This document shows, one piece after another, positions 49,554 through 59,061 of a DNA stretch of 64,000 bases. The stretch is from a virus. A model generated the notes under the pieces. The model was not told where the DNA came from. It made no database searches and saw only the letters and a list, made by a program, of their open reading frames with translations. The position numbers and the translations under genes were made by a program. The stretch is taken from positions 1 to 64,000 of the IMG/VR virus record IMGVR_UViG_3300009104_000009; one strand, written 5' to 3'. Position 1 is the stretch's first letter. Each line of letters begins with the position of its first letter.

Positions 49554-50247
49554 GATAATCAGATATGATGTAAAGAAATATAATTTTAGGAAATGGTTTG
49601 AAGACTGCTTAGGTCGACTTGAAGATATACATTTAAATCATGATATCAAACCAGTGACATATAGTACTGCTGGAGGAATACATCTACCTGAAGAAGATAC
49701 ACAATATGGATTGATTGAAAAACTCTTTAAAGAGGTTGTAAATAAAGCATATGCTTTTAGACATATGTGGTGGGATTTTCAGAAAGAAGTAATTAAACCG
49801 TACTTCGGTGAAGACACAGTTATTCAACGCTTACCATCAGTAAAAATATTTCCATCTGGATATGATTGGAAGTTTGTTGAAAAAACTACAAAGGTAAATG
49901 GTAGAAAAGCTAATTTACATTATGAAATGGATCACCCTTTTCATCATCCAGAGTTTGAGACAAATTTTATAGTGCCGTTAATAGATATGGATGAAGATAA
50001 CGGTATATTTGTAGATGGAGAAATGTGCGCTTGCAATGAAGGTCAGGTATTAGTATTTGATCAATTATTACATGGTGGATATGTTTATAATAGATCTCCC
50101 AATACTAGAGTTTCTATAGATTTTAAAGCATGCGCGTATAGTCAATATGATAGAGAGGTGCTCACTGATATAAAAGTAAGAAAAAGAGGTGAGTGGACAA
50201 CACAAAAAGAATTATTTAAAATTGGTAATTATTATAGTATGGTATGA
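49546..50247 (+). CDS. StrG-like oxygenase
   Basis: QRLPSVKI, HPEFETNFIVPL, LHGG..N...TRVSIDF. Confidence 0.6.
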   Translation: MIKIIRYDVKKYNFRKWFEDCLGRLEDIHLNHDIKPVTYSTAGGIHLPEEDTQYGLIEKLFKEVVNKAYAFRHMWWDFQKEVIKPYFGEDTVIQRLPSVKIFPSGYDWKFVEKTTKVNGRKANLHYEMDHPFHHPEFETNFIVPLIDMDEDNGIFVDGEMCACNEGQVLVFDQLLHGGYVYNRSPNTRVSIDFKACAYSQYDREVLTDIKVRKRGEWTTQKELFKIGNYYSMV

Positions 50248-51254
50248 TTGTAAGGTATGATGATTCATTTGTATTACCTGATGATGATGTAATATTAATA
50301 GATTATGAAGTTGATAGGTCACAATTCTTTGAAGAATTATGTGGTCAATATAATAAAAAATATAAACTAACTTATATCAGTCCCGACTGTAAAATAAGAT
50401 ATTATAATGAGAATATTGAATGCTTATCTTATCCTTTTGTAGTATGGGATATATCTTTCCCAGAAATATTAAATCCAGACGTTAAATATAATTTCATATC
50501 TCTTAATAGTTCTCCAAAATCCTTTAGATTATTGTTAATTGCTGATCTGAGGAAATATGATTATTTTGAATATTCATTCTTTCCATATCCTCATGTACAA
50601 AATATAGAACCAGGATTTAATTTTGGTCCGAAGATACCAGAAATACAGAAACGTCTTAAAACAGAAATTATTCAGCCCAGAGTTTTAACAGAAAATAATG
50701 GCTTCCCTTTAAAGTTCGAATCTTTTGAAGAAAAAGATTTAGATAGATCCAAATGGTATTTAAATAACACAGTGCCGTTAGAATATTATGAAAGTAATAT
50801 TGATATTGTAACAGAATCGTATATTAAAAACGGAATATATTTTACAGAAAAAACTTTAAAGGCTCTCTCAAACAAGAAACCGTTTTTAATCTTAGGAGAT
50901 CAACATATAAACAAAGCATTAAAACATTTAGGCTTTGAAATATTTGAGGAATTGTTTGATTATGAATTTGACGAACAAGCTGATTTTCTTATCAGATATA
51001 AGAAGATGAAAGAACAAATCTTACGATATATAAATGAGGATCCAATAAAAATACGACAGATTATTAAAGGAATAGGCAGCCCGTGGAATATAAAAGATAA
51101 GTTAGATCATAACTATGAGTTATTAAAAAAGATCCAGAGAGAAAGAGAAACCTTATTTGTAGATTTATGGGGTAGTGAAGAAGAGCGGACAATTTCTGAT
51201 AATGAATTACTTGATATACTAAGAAGTAAACAAAATGAATATACAATCAAATAA
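50244..51254 (+). CDS. Glycosyltransferase-like protein (TEKTxK family) 2
   Basis: IVTES...YFTEKTLKAL...PFLILG...LGFEIF. Confidence 0.55.
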   Translation: MIVRYDDSFVLPDDDVILIDYEVDRSQFFEELCGQYNKKYKLTYISPDCKIRYYNENIECLSYPFVVWDISFPEILNPDVKYNFISLNSSPKSFRLLLIADLRKYDYFEYSFFPYPHVQNIEPGFNFGPKIPEIQKRLKTEIIQPRVLTENNGFPLKFESFEEKDLDRSKWYLNNTVPLEYYESNIDIVTESYIKNGIYFTEKTLKALSNKKPFLILGDQHINKALKHLGFEIFEELFDYEFDEQADFLIRYKKMKEQILRYINEDPIKIRQIIKGIGSPWNIKDKLDHNYELLKKIQRERETLFVDLWGSEEERTISDNELLDILRSKQNEYTIK

Positions 51255-52287
51255 TGGTTGGGATCCGCTAAAAGAAGTAATAGTTGGTGACGCATCTAAT
51301 GCTATAATTCCTTCATTTGAATTATCCATGAAAAATTTCATGTATGCAAATTTAAGTGAAGAGCAAATTAATTCTATAACAGGTCCATATGATAAGCAAG
51401 TTATAGAAGAAACTAATGAGGACTTGGAATTATTATGTAGAGTTTTAGAAAGTCAGGATATAAAAGTTTATAGACCAAAAAAGATTAATCATAAAAGAAG
51501 GTCTATGACTCCTCATTGGATTGCGCAGGGGTGGTGTACTTATTGTCCGCGTGATATATTTTTAGTACTAAATGATTGTATAATTGAAACGCCCAATGTT
51601 ATGCGTAGCCGATATTTTGAGATGCATGCATATAGACATATTTTGAATCAATGTAAAGGTAAATGGTTCTCCGCGCCTAGGCCTCAGTTATTAGATGAAT
51701 CATTTAATTTTGATGATTTATCAAAACCAACATTGATGAATAAAGAAGCTCTTTTTGATGCTCCAAATGTTGTAAGAATGGGTAGAGACTTAATATATCA
51801 AGTGAGTAATAGCGGTAATGAAAAAGGAGGTGAATGGCTCCAATCAATGTTTCCGGAATATAAAATACATATAGAAAGAGAATCATATTCAGGAGCTCAT
51901 TTTGATAGCACGGTGATACCATTAAGACCTGGATTAGTATTATTAAACGGTCAACGATGCACTCCAAAAAATTATCCGAAGATATTTAAGAATTGGGATA
52001 AAATATTCTTTACTGATATAGTAGATCAAGGTATCCCAAGTGCCGGCGGATCATCCAATGCCAGTGCAGCTATCTCATCACCTGCAATAGGATTAAACTT
52101 ATTAAGTATTAATGAAAAAGTATGTATTGTAGATGAAAATCAACTTCCTCTTATTACGAAATTAAGAGATCACAACATTGATGCAATCCCTATGCGTTTA
52201 AGACATGCAAAAACTTTAGGCGGAGGCTTTCATTGTGTAACATTAGATTTAAACAGAACTGGTACTTTACAACAGTATGACTTCTAA
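51235..52287 (+). CDS. Amidinotransferase (glycine/inosamine-phosphate type)
   Basis: WDPLKEVIVG, CPRD, FDAPN, HFDST, LGGGFHCVTLD. Confidence 0.9.
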   Translation: MNIQSNNGWDPLKEVIVGDASNAIIPSFELSMKNFMYANLSEEQINSITGPYDKQVIEETNEDLELLCRVLESQDIKVYRPKKINHKRRSMTPHWIAQGWCTYCPRDIFLVLNDCIIETPNVMRSRYFEMHAYRHILNQCKGKWFSAPRPQLLDESFNFDDLSKPTLMNKEALFDAPNVVRMGRDLIYQVSNSGNEKGGEWLQSMFPEYKIHIERESYSGAHFDSTVIPLRPGLVLLNGQRCTPKNYPKIFKNWDKIFFTDIVDQGIPSAGGSSNASAAISSPAIGLNLLSINEKVCIVDENQLPLITKLRDHNIDAIPMRLRHAKTLGGGFHCVTLDLNRTGTLQQYDF

Positions 52288-54073
52288 ACGTATTGCGTTC
52301 GTAGAACTCTCACATATTTTTACTAATCAGATTAAATTACCCTATTCTACGGGTTGTATCTGGAGTTATTGTAAAACTGATAAAGAGATTACCGATAGTT
52401 ACTCTTTTGATGTTCATGATTGGATATATGTTCTAGATGAAAATTTAGATATCAATAAAACTGCTAAACAATTATCAAAATGTGATGTTGTAGGTATTTC
52501 GTATTTTGTATGGAATACTCATGTTAGTGATAAGTTAGCTAAACAAATAAGATACATAAATCCTAAGTGTGTGATCATATATGGTGGATTAGGTATACCA
52601 AAATACGGTCGATGCGAAAAGTTTCTCAAAGACAGGCCTTATATCGACGTTATAGTACATAATGAAGGCGAGATAGTATTTAAGAATATATTGAAAGCTT
52701 TACATCGAAAAGAGGATTTAAGAAATGTTAAAGGAATCACAACACCTTTCTTTTCAACACCCTTAGAAGAAAGAGTAAAAGATATATCATCTATGCCTAG
52801 TCCATATCTTGATGGATTATTTGATGATCTCCTAGCAATTAAAAATCATTCATATGAGTGGGAGAGTTTAGTAGAATTAGAACGAGGTTGTCCTTATACA
52901 TGCACATTCTGCGAAGTTGGAGATAGGCATTGGACGAAGATATTTAAACAGGATTATAATAAGTTAGTAAGAGAAATTGATTGGGTATCAGATAAGAAGA
53001 TAGAGTATCTACATCTAATTGATAATAACTTTGGTATGTATAAAGAGCAAAAAGTTATATCCGACTTACTTATAGATAAGTATAAATTGACTGGTTATCC
53101 TAATGCTCTTAATATAACGTGGGCAAAGCATAAGAAACCATTCTTATTTGATATAGCAGAAGATTTATGGAAGGTAGGGCTCAATAAGAGTGTTACGATC
53201 GCTCTACAGTCGATGAATTCTTCTACATTAAAAGCGATCGAAAGAGCAAATGAAAATACTAATTTAAGAGAGGTATTAGCAAATTTAAAATGGAGAGGTA
53301 TGCCTGCTTATATAGAAACTATTCTCGGCCTACCAGAGGAATCATTAGATAGTTTTAAAGAAGGAATATATAGATTGATTGACGATATAAATTATCATAA
53401 TTATATCGGCATATATGTAATGGTTGCATTACCTAATACTCCATTTGGCGATCCTGAATATCTCAAAAAATATAATGTACAAATAAAGCAAACATCCCCC
53501 GCATTTTTTCATCATGAAAATCCCCCAGATCAATTATTAGAAGAAGTCAATAACGTAGTCGTTGGATCTAACAGTATGACATTTGATGATTACTTAGAAG
53601 CAACAGGGTGGAAGTGGTTTATGATATCTCTACATTTTTTAGGATGGCTTAGAATATTAGCATTAGAATTAAAAAATAATCATAACATATCAATGAGAGA
53701 GTTTTATAACGGATTATTCGAATGGTTTATTAATAATGATCAAACATTATTGTATAGAGAATATACAATTACAATGAGAATGTTAAAGAAAGTGTTTAAT
53801 AGAGAGATTCCATGGGGTCGTAAAGTATCGGATGTTTCTAATATATACTGGGAGTATGAAGAAGCCACAGCAATACACATTGCTAAAGAAAAGAATCGTT
53901 TCTATGGAGAGATAGAAGATTATTTAAAAGAAGAATATGGATTTAATTATTCTATAACAACGAATCAATATAACAAGATGAAAGACCCTTACGAAGTCTA
54001 TAACGGCGATTTAGAAAAATGGGCTCGTGAATGCATGTGGTGGGGTCGAAGAGCGGAGAGGTTTTTCGTATGA
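52277..54073 (+). CDS. Cobalamin-binding radical SAM enzyme
   Basis: B12-domain-like N-terminus (GISYFVWN, HNEGE); RGCPYTCTFC; ILGLPEES. Confidence 0.85.
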   Translation: MTSKRIAFVELSHIFTNQIKLPYSTGCIWSYCKTDKEITDSYSFDVHDWIYVLDENLDINKTAKQLSKCDVVGISYFVWNTHVSDKLAKQIRYINPKCVIIYGGLGIPKYGRCEKFLKDRPYIDVIVHNEGEIVFKNILKALHRKEDLRNVKGITTPFFSTPLEERVKDISSMPSPYLDGLFDDLLAIKNHSYEWESLVELERGCPYTCTFCEVGDRHWTKIFKQDYNKLVREIDWVSDKKIEYLHLIDNNFGMYKEQKVISDLLIDKYKLTGYPNALNITWAKHKKPFLFDIAEDLWKVGLNKSVTIALQSMNSSTLKAIERANENTNLREVLANLKWRGMPAYIETILGLPEESLDSFKEGIYRLIDDINYHNYIGIYVMVALPNTPFGDPEYLKKYNVQIKQTSPAFFHHENPPDQLLEEVNNVVVGSNSMTFDDYLEATGWKWFMISLHFLGWLRILALELKNNHNISMREFYNGLFEWFINNDQTLLYREYTITMRMLKKVFNREIPWGRKVSDVSNIYWEYEEATAIHIAKEKNRFYGEIEDYLKEEYGFNYSITTNQYNKMKDPYEVYNGDLEKWARECMWWGRRAERFFV

Positions 54074-55284
54074 GAGAATGGATACATCTATCACATGGTG
54101 AGCGCGTATTTAAGGACTCAGAATATTTTCGAGAAGATGAGTGGAATACTTCACAACCAAATTGGGAAGATACGCTTGAATTATTATCGAAAAAAACAGA
54201 TAAACGTATATGCATATGGAATGCGAATGAAGCAGGTGGTTATTATCCACATCAGGGAGTTAGTGAAGGCGTACACGATAAGTTATTATATTTGATACAT
54301 TCAAATATTCATCCCGAAAATGCTCCTAACACGTGGTATGTTAGTTGTGATTTAAATTTGCCTCAAAATTATTCTGAATGGCATAATCATTTTTATTCTA
54401 GTAGTCCACAAATTAATGTAAAGCCTTATCCATTTGCTGCAGTTAACTGTTTCTTTTCTCGATATAGAAAATACGATCATTGGACCATCCCTGATCATTC
54501 TAAAAAATATAAATTAATATGTTTAGTCAATCAACCCAAAATAAATAGAATATTAACTTTGAGAGAATTAGCAGGTAGAGAAGGATTTATATATTCATTT
54601 AAGGTTGTTGAAATTGGAGAATTACATCATGATGGTTCTAATGATACATCGTATTTTGAAAAATTAGTTAACAAATGGAAAGGTTACGGTAGAGCTCCGT
54701 GGAAATGGTCAGACTGTGGTAATTTAGTACATCTTTTTTCGGACACAGAGCAATGTGATAATCAATCGCCTCGAGATTTTAGTAATGAAAATTTTGATCA
54801 ATTTAAACAAATTAGAATGACTGATGCATTTCATTTACCAAAACAAGATAACGATCTCGATGATTACCATGATTTTTTTGTGCCTTTGGAATGGATGGAA
54901 TCTCATGTTGAATTGATTCATGAATCTTATTGTACGCGCGGTTTTATGTGGAGTGATAAGGTGTGTAAAGTAATATGGTATTTAAAGCCTTTTCTCGTAG
55001 TAGGATGTCAGGGATGGTATAAGCACTTCGAAGATCTTGGATTTAAATTATATGATGAAATATTTGATTATAGTTTTGATAAAATTAAACCGTATAATGA
55101 AAGATGGAAAGCAATATTAGAAGAATGCGATAAAGTTTTAAATATGTCACATAAAGAATTAATCCAGAAAACACAAGATATACGAGAAAAAATGATTTTT
55201 AATAAAGAACTAATGGAAAAGAAGAATGTGAATATGGATGTGTTTAGCATTGCCGAAATAATAGATAATGACCATTATATATAA
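54070..55284 (+). CDS. Glycosyltransferase-like protein (TEKTxK family, divergent) 3
   Basis: LIHES...WSDKVCKVI...PFLVVG...LGFKLYDEIFDYSFD. Confidence 0.5.
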   Translation: MREWIHLSHGERVFKDSEYFREDEWNTSQPNWEDTLELLSKKTDKRICIWNANEAGGYYPHQGVSEGVHDKLLYLIHSNIHPENAPNTWYVSCDLNLPQNYSEWHNHFYSSSPQINVKPYPFAAVNCFFSRYRKYDHWTIPDHSKKYKLICLVNQPKINRILTLRELAGREGFIYSFKVVEIGELHHDGSNDTSYFEKLVNKWKGYGRAPWKWSDCGNLVHLFSDTEQCDNQSPRDFSNENFDQFKQIRMTDAFHLPKQDNDLDDYHDFFVPLEWMESHVELIHESYCTRGFMWSDKVCKVIWYLKPFLVVGCQGWYKHFEDLGFKLYDEIFDYSFDKIKPYNERWKAILEECDKVLNMSHKELIQKTQDIREKMIFNKELMEKKNVNMDVFSIAEIIDNDHYI

Positions 55285-55759
55285 ACCTGAGATGAAGCTA
55301 ATTCGCATGGATGAAATGGATGAAATGAATGACAGGGAAAAGGTAAGACGAGATTTACGTTATGCTATGGAAACACAATTTCGTTATAAATTTTATAATT
55401 CAATAGAATTTCCCTTTCTTCCTGCTATGGGAATAAAACATGTTTTACAAGGATTTGAAGCTCCACCGGAAGTAGGATTTATTGGAATGTTACATCTTTG
55501 GTGGGGCCCAGAAGATTCCGGTATTGTATATGATAATCCGCGATCAGGTACTGTTGTACCTAAAGGAACATGGCATGCTGAATGGTTTGATAATCCGGAA
55601 GATGCAATTGAAGTAGCAGTACAGATACAACAAGAAAAAAATTATGATGAAGTTAAACTCATAGAGATTCATATGCAACATCTTAGAGATGCCGTAAAGA
55701 AGAGAAAACTGCTAGAACAACCAGAGAAAAAAGAAAAGAAAGACATAGTCTACAATTAA
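55268..55759 (+). CDS. Hypothetical protein
   Basis: Packed ORF. Confidence 0.55.
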   Translation: MTIIYKPEMKLIRMDEMDEMNDREKVRRDLRYAMETQFRYKFYNSIEFPFLPAMGIKHVLQGFEAPPEVGFIGMLHLWWGPEDSGIVYDNPRSGTVVPKGTWHAEWFDNPEDAIEVAVQIQQEKNYDEVKLIEIHMQHLRDAVKKRKLLEQPEKKEKKDIVYN

Positions 55760-55769
55760 TAAATATAGT

Positions 55770-56066
55770 ATGTACAAACCGCTTCCACACAATATTACAA
55801 TTAAAGAATCTCCCATTGAAGGCTTAGGCCTTTTCGCAACAGAAAAAATTACAGCACAAACATTGATTGGAATCACTCATCACGCTGATGAGCGAGCGGA
55901 AGATGGGTGGATTAGAACTCCTTTAGGCGGCTTTGGAAATCATTCGGACGATCCCAACTGCTTCAAACTTTTAATGGACCCCAAAACTTTTTGGATTGGA
56001 GCTAATCGAGATATTAAACCTGGAGAAGAACTGACGTGGAGCTATACATTATATAAATGTGACTAA
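55770..56066 (+). CDS. Minimal SET-domain protein
   Basis: SPIEGLGLFA, NHSDDPNC, RDIKPGEELTWSY. Confidence 0.88.
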   Translation: MYKPLPHNITIKESPIEGLGLFATEKITAQTLIGITHHADERAEDGWIRTPLGGFGNHSDDPNCFKLLMDPKTFWIGANRDIKPGEELTWSYTLYKCD

Positions 56067-56589
56067 ACATTTATACGGAGAAAAGAAGATGCCGATACAC
56101 AAGCATTTACTTGTCCGCGCAGAAGTAAAGCGCCCGATCACAGAAGAAAAAGAAATTAAAAAATGGTTAAAAAAATTAGTAAATAAAATTGATATGAAAA
56201 TCATTAAGGGTCCTTTCGCAGGCTACGTTCATAAGGATGGAAACCGCGGATTGACAGGCGCCGTAATGATAGAAACAAGTCATATATCAATACATATTTG
56301 GGATGAACCAGACCCAGCATTAGTACAATTTGATGTTTATTCATGCGCGGAATATTCTACTAATGAAGTTTTAGCAGAACTTATAATAATGGAACCAGTT
56401 AAAGTTGAACACATGCTTATAGATAGAGATAGTAAACCAGAGGACATTAAACCAGGTCTTTATGGTAGTTGTTTTAAAATGACAAATCATTCAGTTTCTG
56501 AACACAAATCACATCCAAAAATACAAAAATATGATGATGAAGAGCGAAAAGAAATAATCAGAAAAGGTTATATATCTAGTTACGAATAA
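56059..56589 (+). CDS. speD: S-adenosylmethionine decarboxylase proenzyme-like
   Basis: GLTGAVMIETSHISIHIW...DVYSC. Confidence 0.8.
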   Translation: MTKHLYGEKKMPIHKHLLVRAEVKRPITEEKEIKKWLKKLVNKIDMKIIKGPFAGYVHKDGNRGLTGAVMIETSHISIHIWDEPDPALVQFDVYSCAEYSTNEVLAELIIMEPVKVEHMLIDRDSKPEDIKPGLYGSCFKMTNHSVSEHKSHPKIQKYDDEERKEIIRKGYISSYE

Positions 56590-56600
56590 AGGAGAATAGT

Positions 56601-56795
56601 ATGGAATCTTGGAGTATAATTGATATTAAAAATATGTCAACAACAGAAATGAGACAATTGATGGCTCAGTTACAAAAAGAAATTAGTTTTAGAGAGGGGA
56701 TTGGTGAAGAGATAAGAGCTCAGAAAGATCCTCAATTTTTATCAGAGGCTGGGTTACACACAGCTGAAGACGACGATCCAGTGGCGGGAATATGA
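56601..56795 (+). CDS. Small hypothetical protein
   Basis: AAGGAG SD, ATG. Confidence 0.55.
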   Translation: MESWSIIDIKNMSTTEMRQLMAQLQKEISFREGIGEEIRAQKDPQFLSEAGLHTAEDDDPVAGI

Positions 56796-56901
56796 AAAAA
56801 ACCAGACATGAAGGTGATGAAGGTACGGTGGCTTTTTGGTTATATATGAAGGCATTGTATAAAGATTAGATTATACTAAATATAGAAAAGAAAGGTTTTA
56901 C

Positions 56902-57534
56902 ATGGCACGAATAAAATCGAAGTCTACACATATCGGTAGAGAACACTCTCGCAAAGAGAAACATCACGAACCAAAATCAGATATTGGTTTGATGTTTGAT
57001 AGATTTGCTAGCGCTGCTGAAAAAGCAGAAGAAATGGTTGAGGACGTTAAACAAAAACCCGTTGATGCAATTGAAGAAGCTCAAGATGTTGCTACAAGAC
57101 TTTCAGTTGAATTACCGGATCGTATAAGAGAAGCTCAAGAGTTAGCAGATGCTCATATTGCTGCCGCACAAGCAGAAGCGGATAAAGTAAAAGAATTAGC
57201 AATCGCCGGAGTTAAAGAGGCTCAAGCGAGAGCAAAGGAAATTGAAAGAGTCGCTGCAGAAGATGCACATGCCAGAGCAGTTAAAATCAGAAAACAGTTT
57301 GTTAATGCTAAGAATTGGGAAGGAAAAGCAGTTCTCCCTAATTATAATGAGAAAAAAGCTACGGTAGAAGGTAATGCTGATAAAGCCCATGAAGAAGCAA
57401 AACGAATGCGCTCAGAAGAATCAGAAATAAAAGCATTACACGAAACACATAAAGTCGCAGCAGAAAGTGCCGCAAAAGCTGCCGAGCAAGCTGCCAAAAA
57501 AGTTGAACAAATGCTCCAAAAACTCGGAAGGTAA
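56902..57534 (+). CDS. Ala/Glu/Lys-rich coiled-coil protein
   Basis: Heptad-rich sequence. Confidence 0.55.
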   Translation: MARIKSKSTHIGREHSRKEKHHEPKSDIGLMFDRFASAAEKAEEMVEDVKQKPVDAIEEAQDVATRLSVELPDRIREAQELADAHIAAAQAEADKVKELAIAGVKEAQARAKEIERVAAEDAHARAVKIRKQFVNAKNWEGKAVLPNYNEKKATVEGNADKAHEEAKRMRSEESEIKALHETHKVAAESAAKAAEQAAKKVEQMLQKLGR

Positions 57535-57536
57535 TT

Positions 57537-58373
57537 ATGTCAGAAAATCTTCAAGAAAAACCCGCATTTTGCGATATACCTGGCGGTCCTAGGGATCCAA
57601 ATCTTAAAGCACGATGTGCAAAGCCTGATGCTCCCGCCGCGCCTAAAAAACCTGCTGACATTAGATCTAAAGCTCTAACGGACACGGAAAAGAAAAGAAA
57701 AAGAATACAGAGTTTGGGTCTTACACATGAAAGTGAAAAGAAAGAATCTTTCAAGCAATTCAAAGATAGAATTACATTGGAAGCAAATTTAAATGATTAC
57801 GTTAAAAAATATAAAATGAAAATGGGTGATAAAACTTCTACAGTAGATAAAGATAAATGGGTTGAAGGTATTGGTGGATTAACTAAGAGAGAGCAAGCAA
57901 CCCTAAAACGTGTATTACAAGGACATACCAGAGAAGGTGTAAAGGAAGACGCTGAATTTGCTGATGAGTTAGAATTAGTAGAATTAGCTCCGGTAATAGG
58001 TCTTGCAATAAGGGGTGCCGCGGCTGCTACAAAAACACCGATTAGACGAGCAATTACGAAGCATGTAGTAAAAAAAGCAGTAAACAAAGCAACCTCACCT
58101 CCTCCACCTTCAAATAATGAAGAAGTAGTAAATGAGAGTAAGGAACTTCAAGCTAAGATGGCGTTAGATGATGCAAAGATTAAGTATAAAGTAGAAGATG
58201 GTAAGATATATGTGGATAAAAAAGATCTTATGAAAGCTGAAAAGACCGTAGCAAAATCATTTAGAGTTAAGCCTAGAAACTTAGATGGGAAAAAATATCC
58301 CGCATTATATTATCACGGCGGAAGTTTAGGCATATGGAATAAGAAAAGACCTATAACAGGAATGGGTAGATGA
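57537..58373 (+). CDS. Modular putative internal head protein
   Basis: Internal ESFKQFK..ITLEA, LVE-LAPVIGLA, VNE-SK sites. Confidence 0.45.
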   Translation: MSENLQEKPAFCDIPGGPRDPNLKARCAKPDAPAAPKKPADIRSKALTDTEKKRKRIQSLGLTHESEKKESFKQFKDRITLEANLNDYVKKYKMKMGDKTSTVDKDKWVEGIGGLTKREQATLKRVLQGHTREGVKEDAEFADELELVELAPVIGLAIRGAAAATKTPIRRAITKHVVKKAVNKATSPPPPSNNEEVVNESKELQAKMALDDAKIKYKVEDGKIYVDKKDLMKAEKTVAKSFRVKPRNLDGKKYPALYYHGGSLGIWNKKRPITGMGR

Positions 58374-58867
58374 GAACGTTTATAGAACATGTAATAATTG
58401 AACAAGAATTACGTATGGATAGAGAATTGCAAAATATTCTTATGATTCATGCTAAAGATTATAAATTATTCAGAGAAGGTAAACAGGAACTATCAGAGTT
58501 ACCTCATTTGTATAATGATTTAGTAAAACATTGGCAGACAGATATGCCGTACGGAGTAACAAAAGCCCGTGAGGGTGACCCCTATGAATGGATTGCGAAC
58601 AAATTGAATAGTATTGAAGAACACGGTGAGCCAATGCCAAAGTCATTAGTTCACAATTGAGCTACACACGTTAAACATCCAAGTTTGGGTGATGAAGAAT
58701 TAGAAGTAATAAGTCACAGTTTAGATGAAGATGGTAGAATAGAACAATACAGAGTTAAACCGCCACGCAATGCTCAAATTGGTTCAACAGTAGTTCTGCA
58801 AGCAGAAGAAGTTACTGTAACTAGAGAGCACAGTCACAAACACAAGGTAAAACCCAAAATTAAATAA
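58370..58867 (+). CDS. Putative selenoprotein (165 aa, Sec97), His-rich C-terminal domain, capsid-targeting-like leader
   Basis: Track ORFs 58370-58660 and 58685-58867 are one frame split only by TGA 58658-58660 (HN-U-ATHVKHP); SECIS-like hairpin at 58676-58691. Confidence 0.7.
58676..58691 (+). promoter_or_regulatory. Putative bacterial SECIS element
   Basis: CAUCCA-AGUU-UGGGUG, starting 15 nt after UGA. Confidence 0.6.
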
Positions 58868-58871
58868 TGAA

Positions 58872-59042
58872 ATGAAGACTTTTAAAGAATTTGGAGCATT
58901 CTTCGATGCAACTTTGTCGCAAGATGAAAAAGAGGACATTCCCGTTTTTTCAGATGAGAAGCTTTCAGACACTTCTTACGCAGCCAAAGTTCGACCAGCT
59001 TATAAAGACAAGCAAAAGAAGAAGCAAGTCGATAAATCTTAA
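58872..59042 (+). CDS. Small putative internal protein (56 aa, not in ORF track)
   Basis: Starts MKTFKEF, like T4 internal protein leaders. Confidence 0.55.
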   Translation: MKTFKEFGAFFDATLSQDEKEDIPVFSDEKLSDTSYAAKVRPAYKDKQKKKQVDKS

Positions 59043-59061
59043 TATATATCATAAATTTTGA

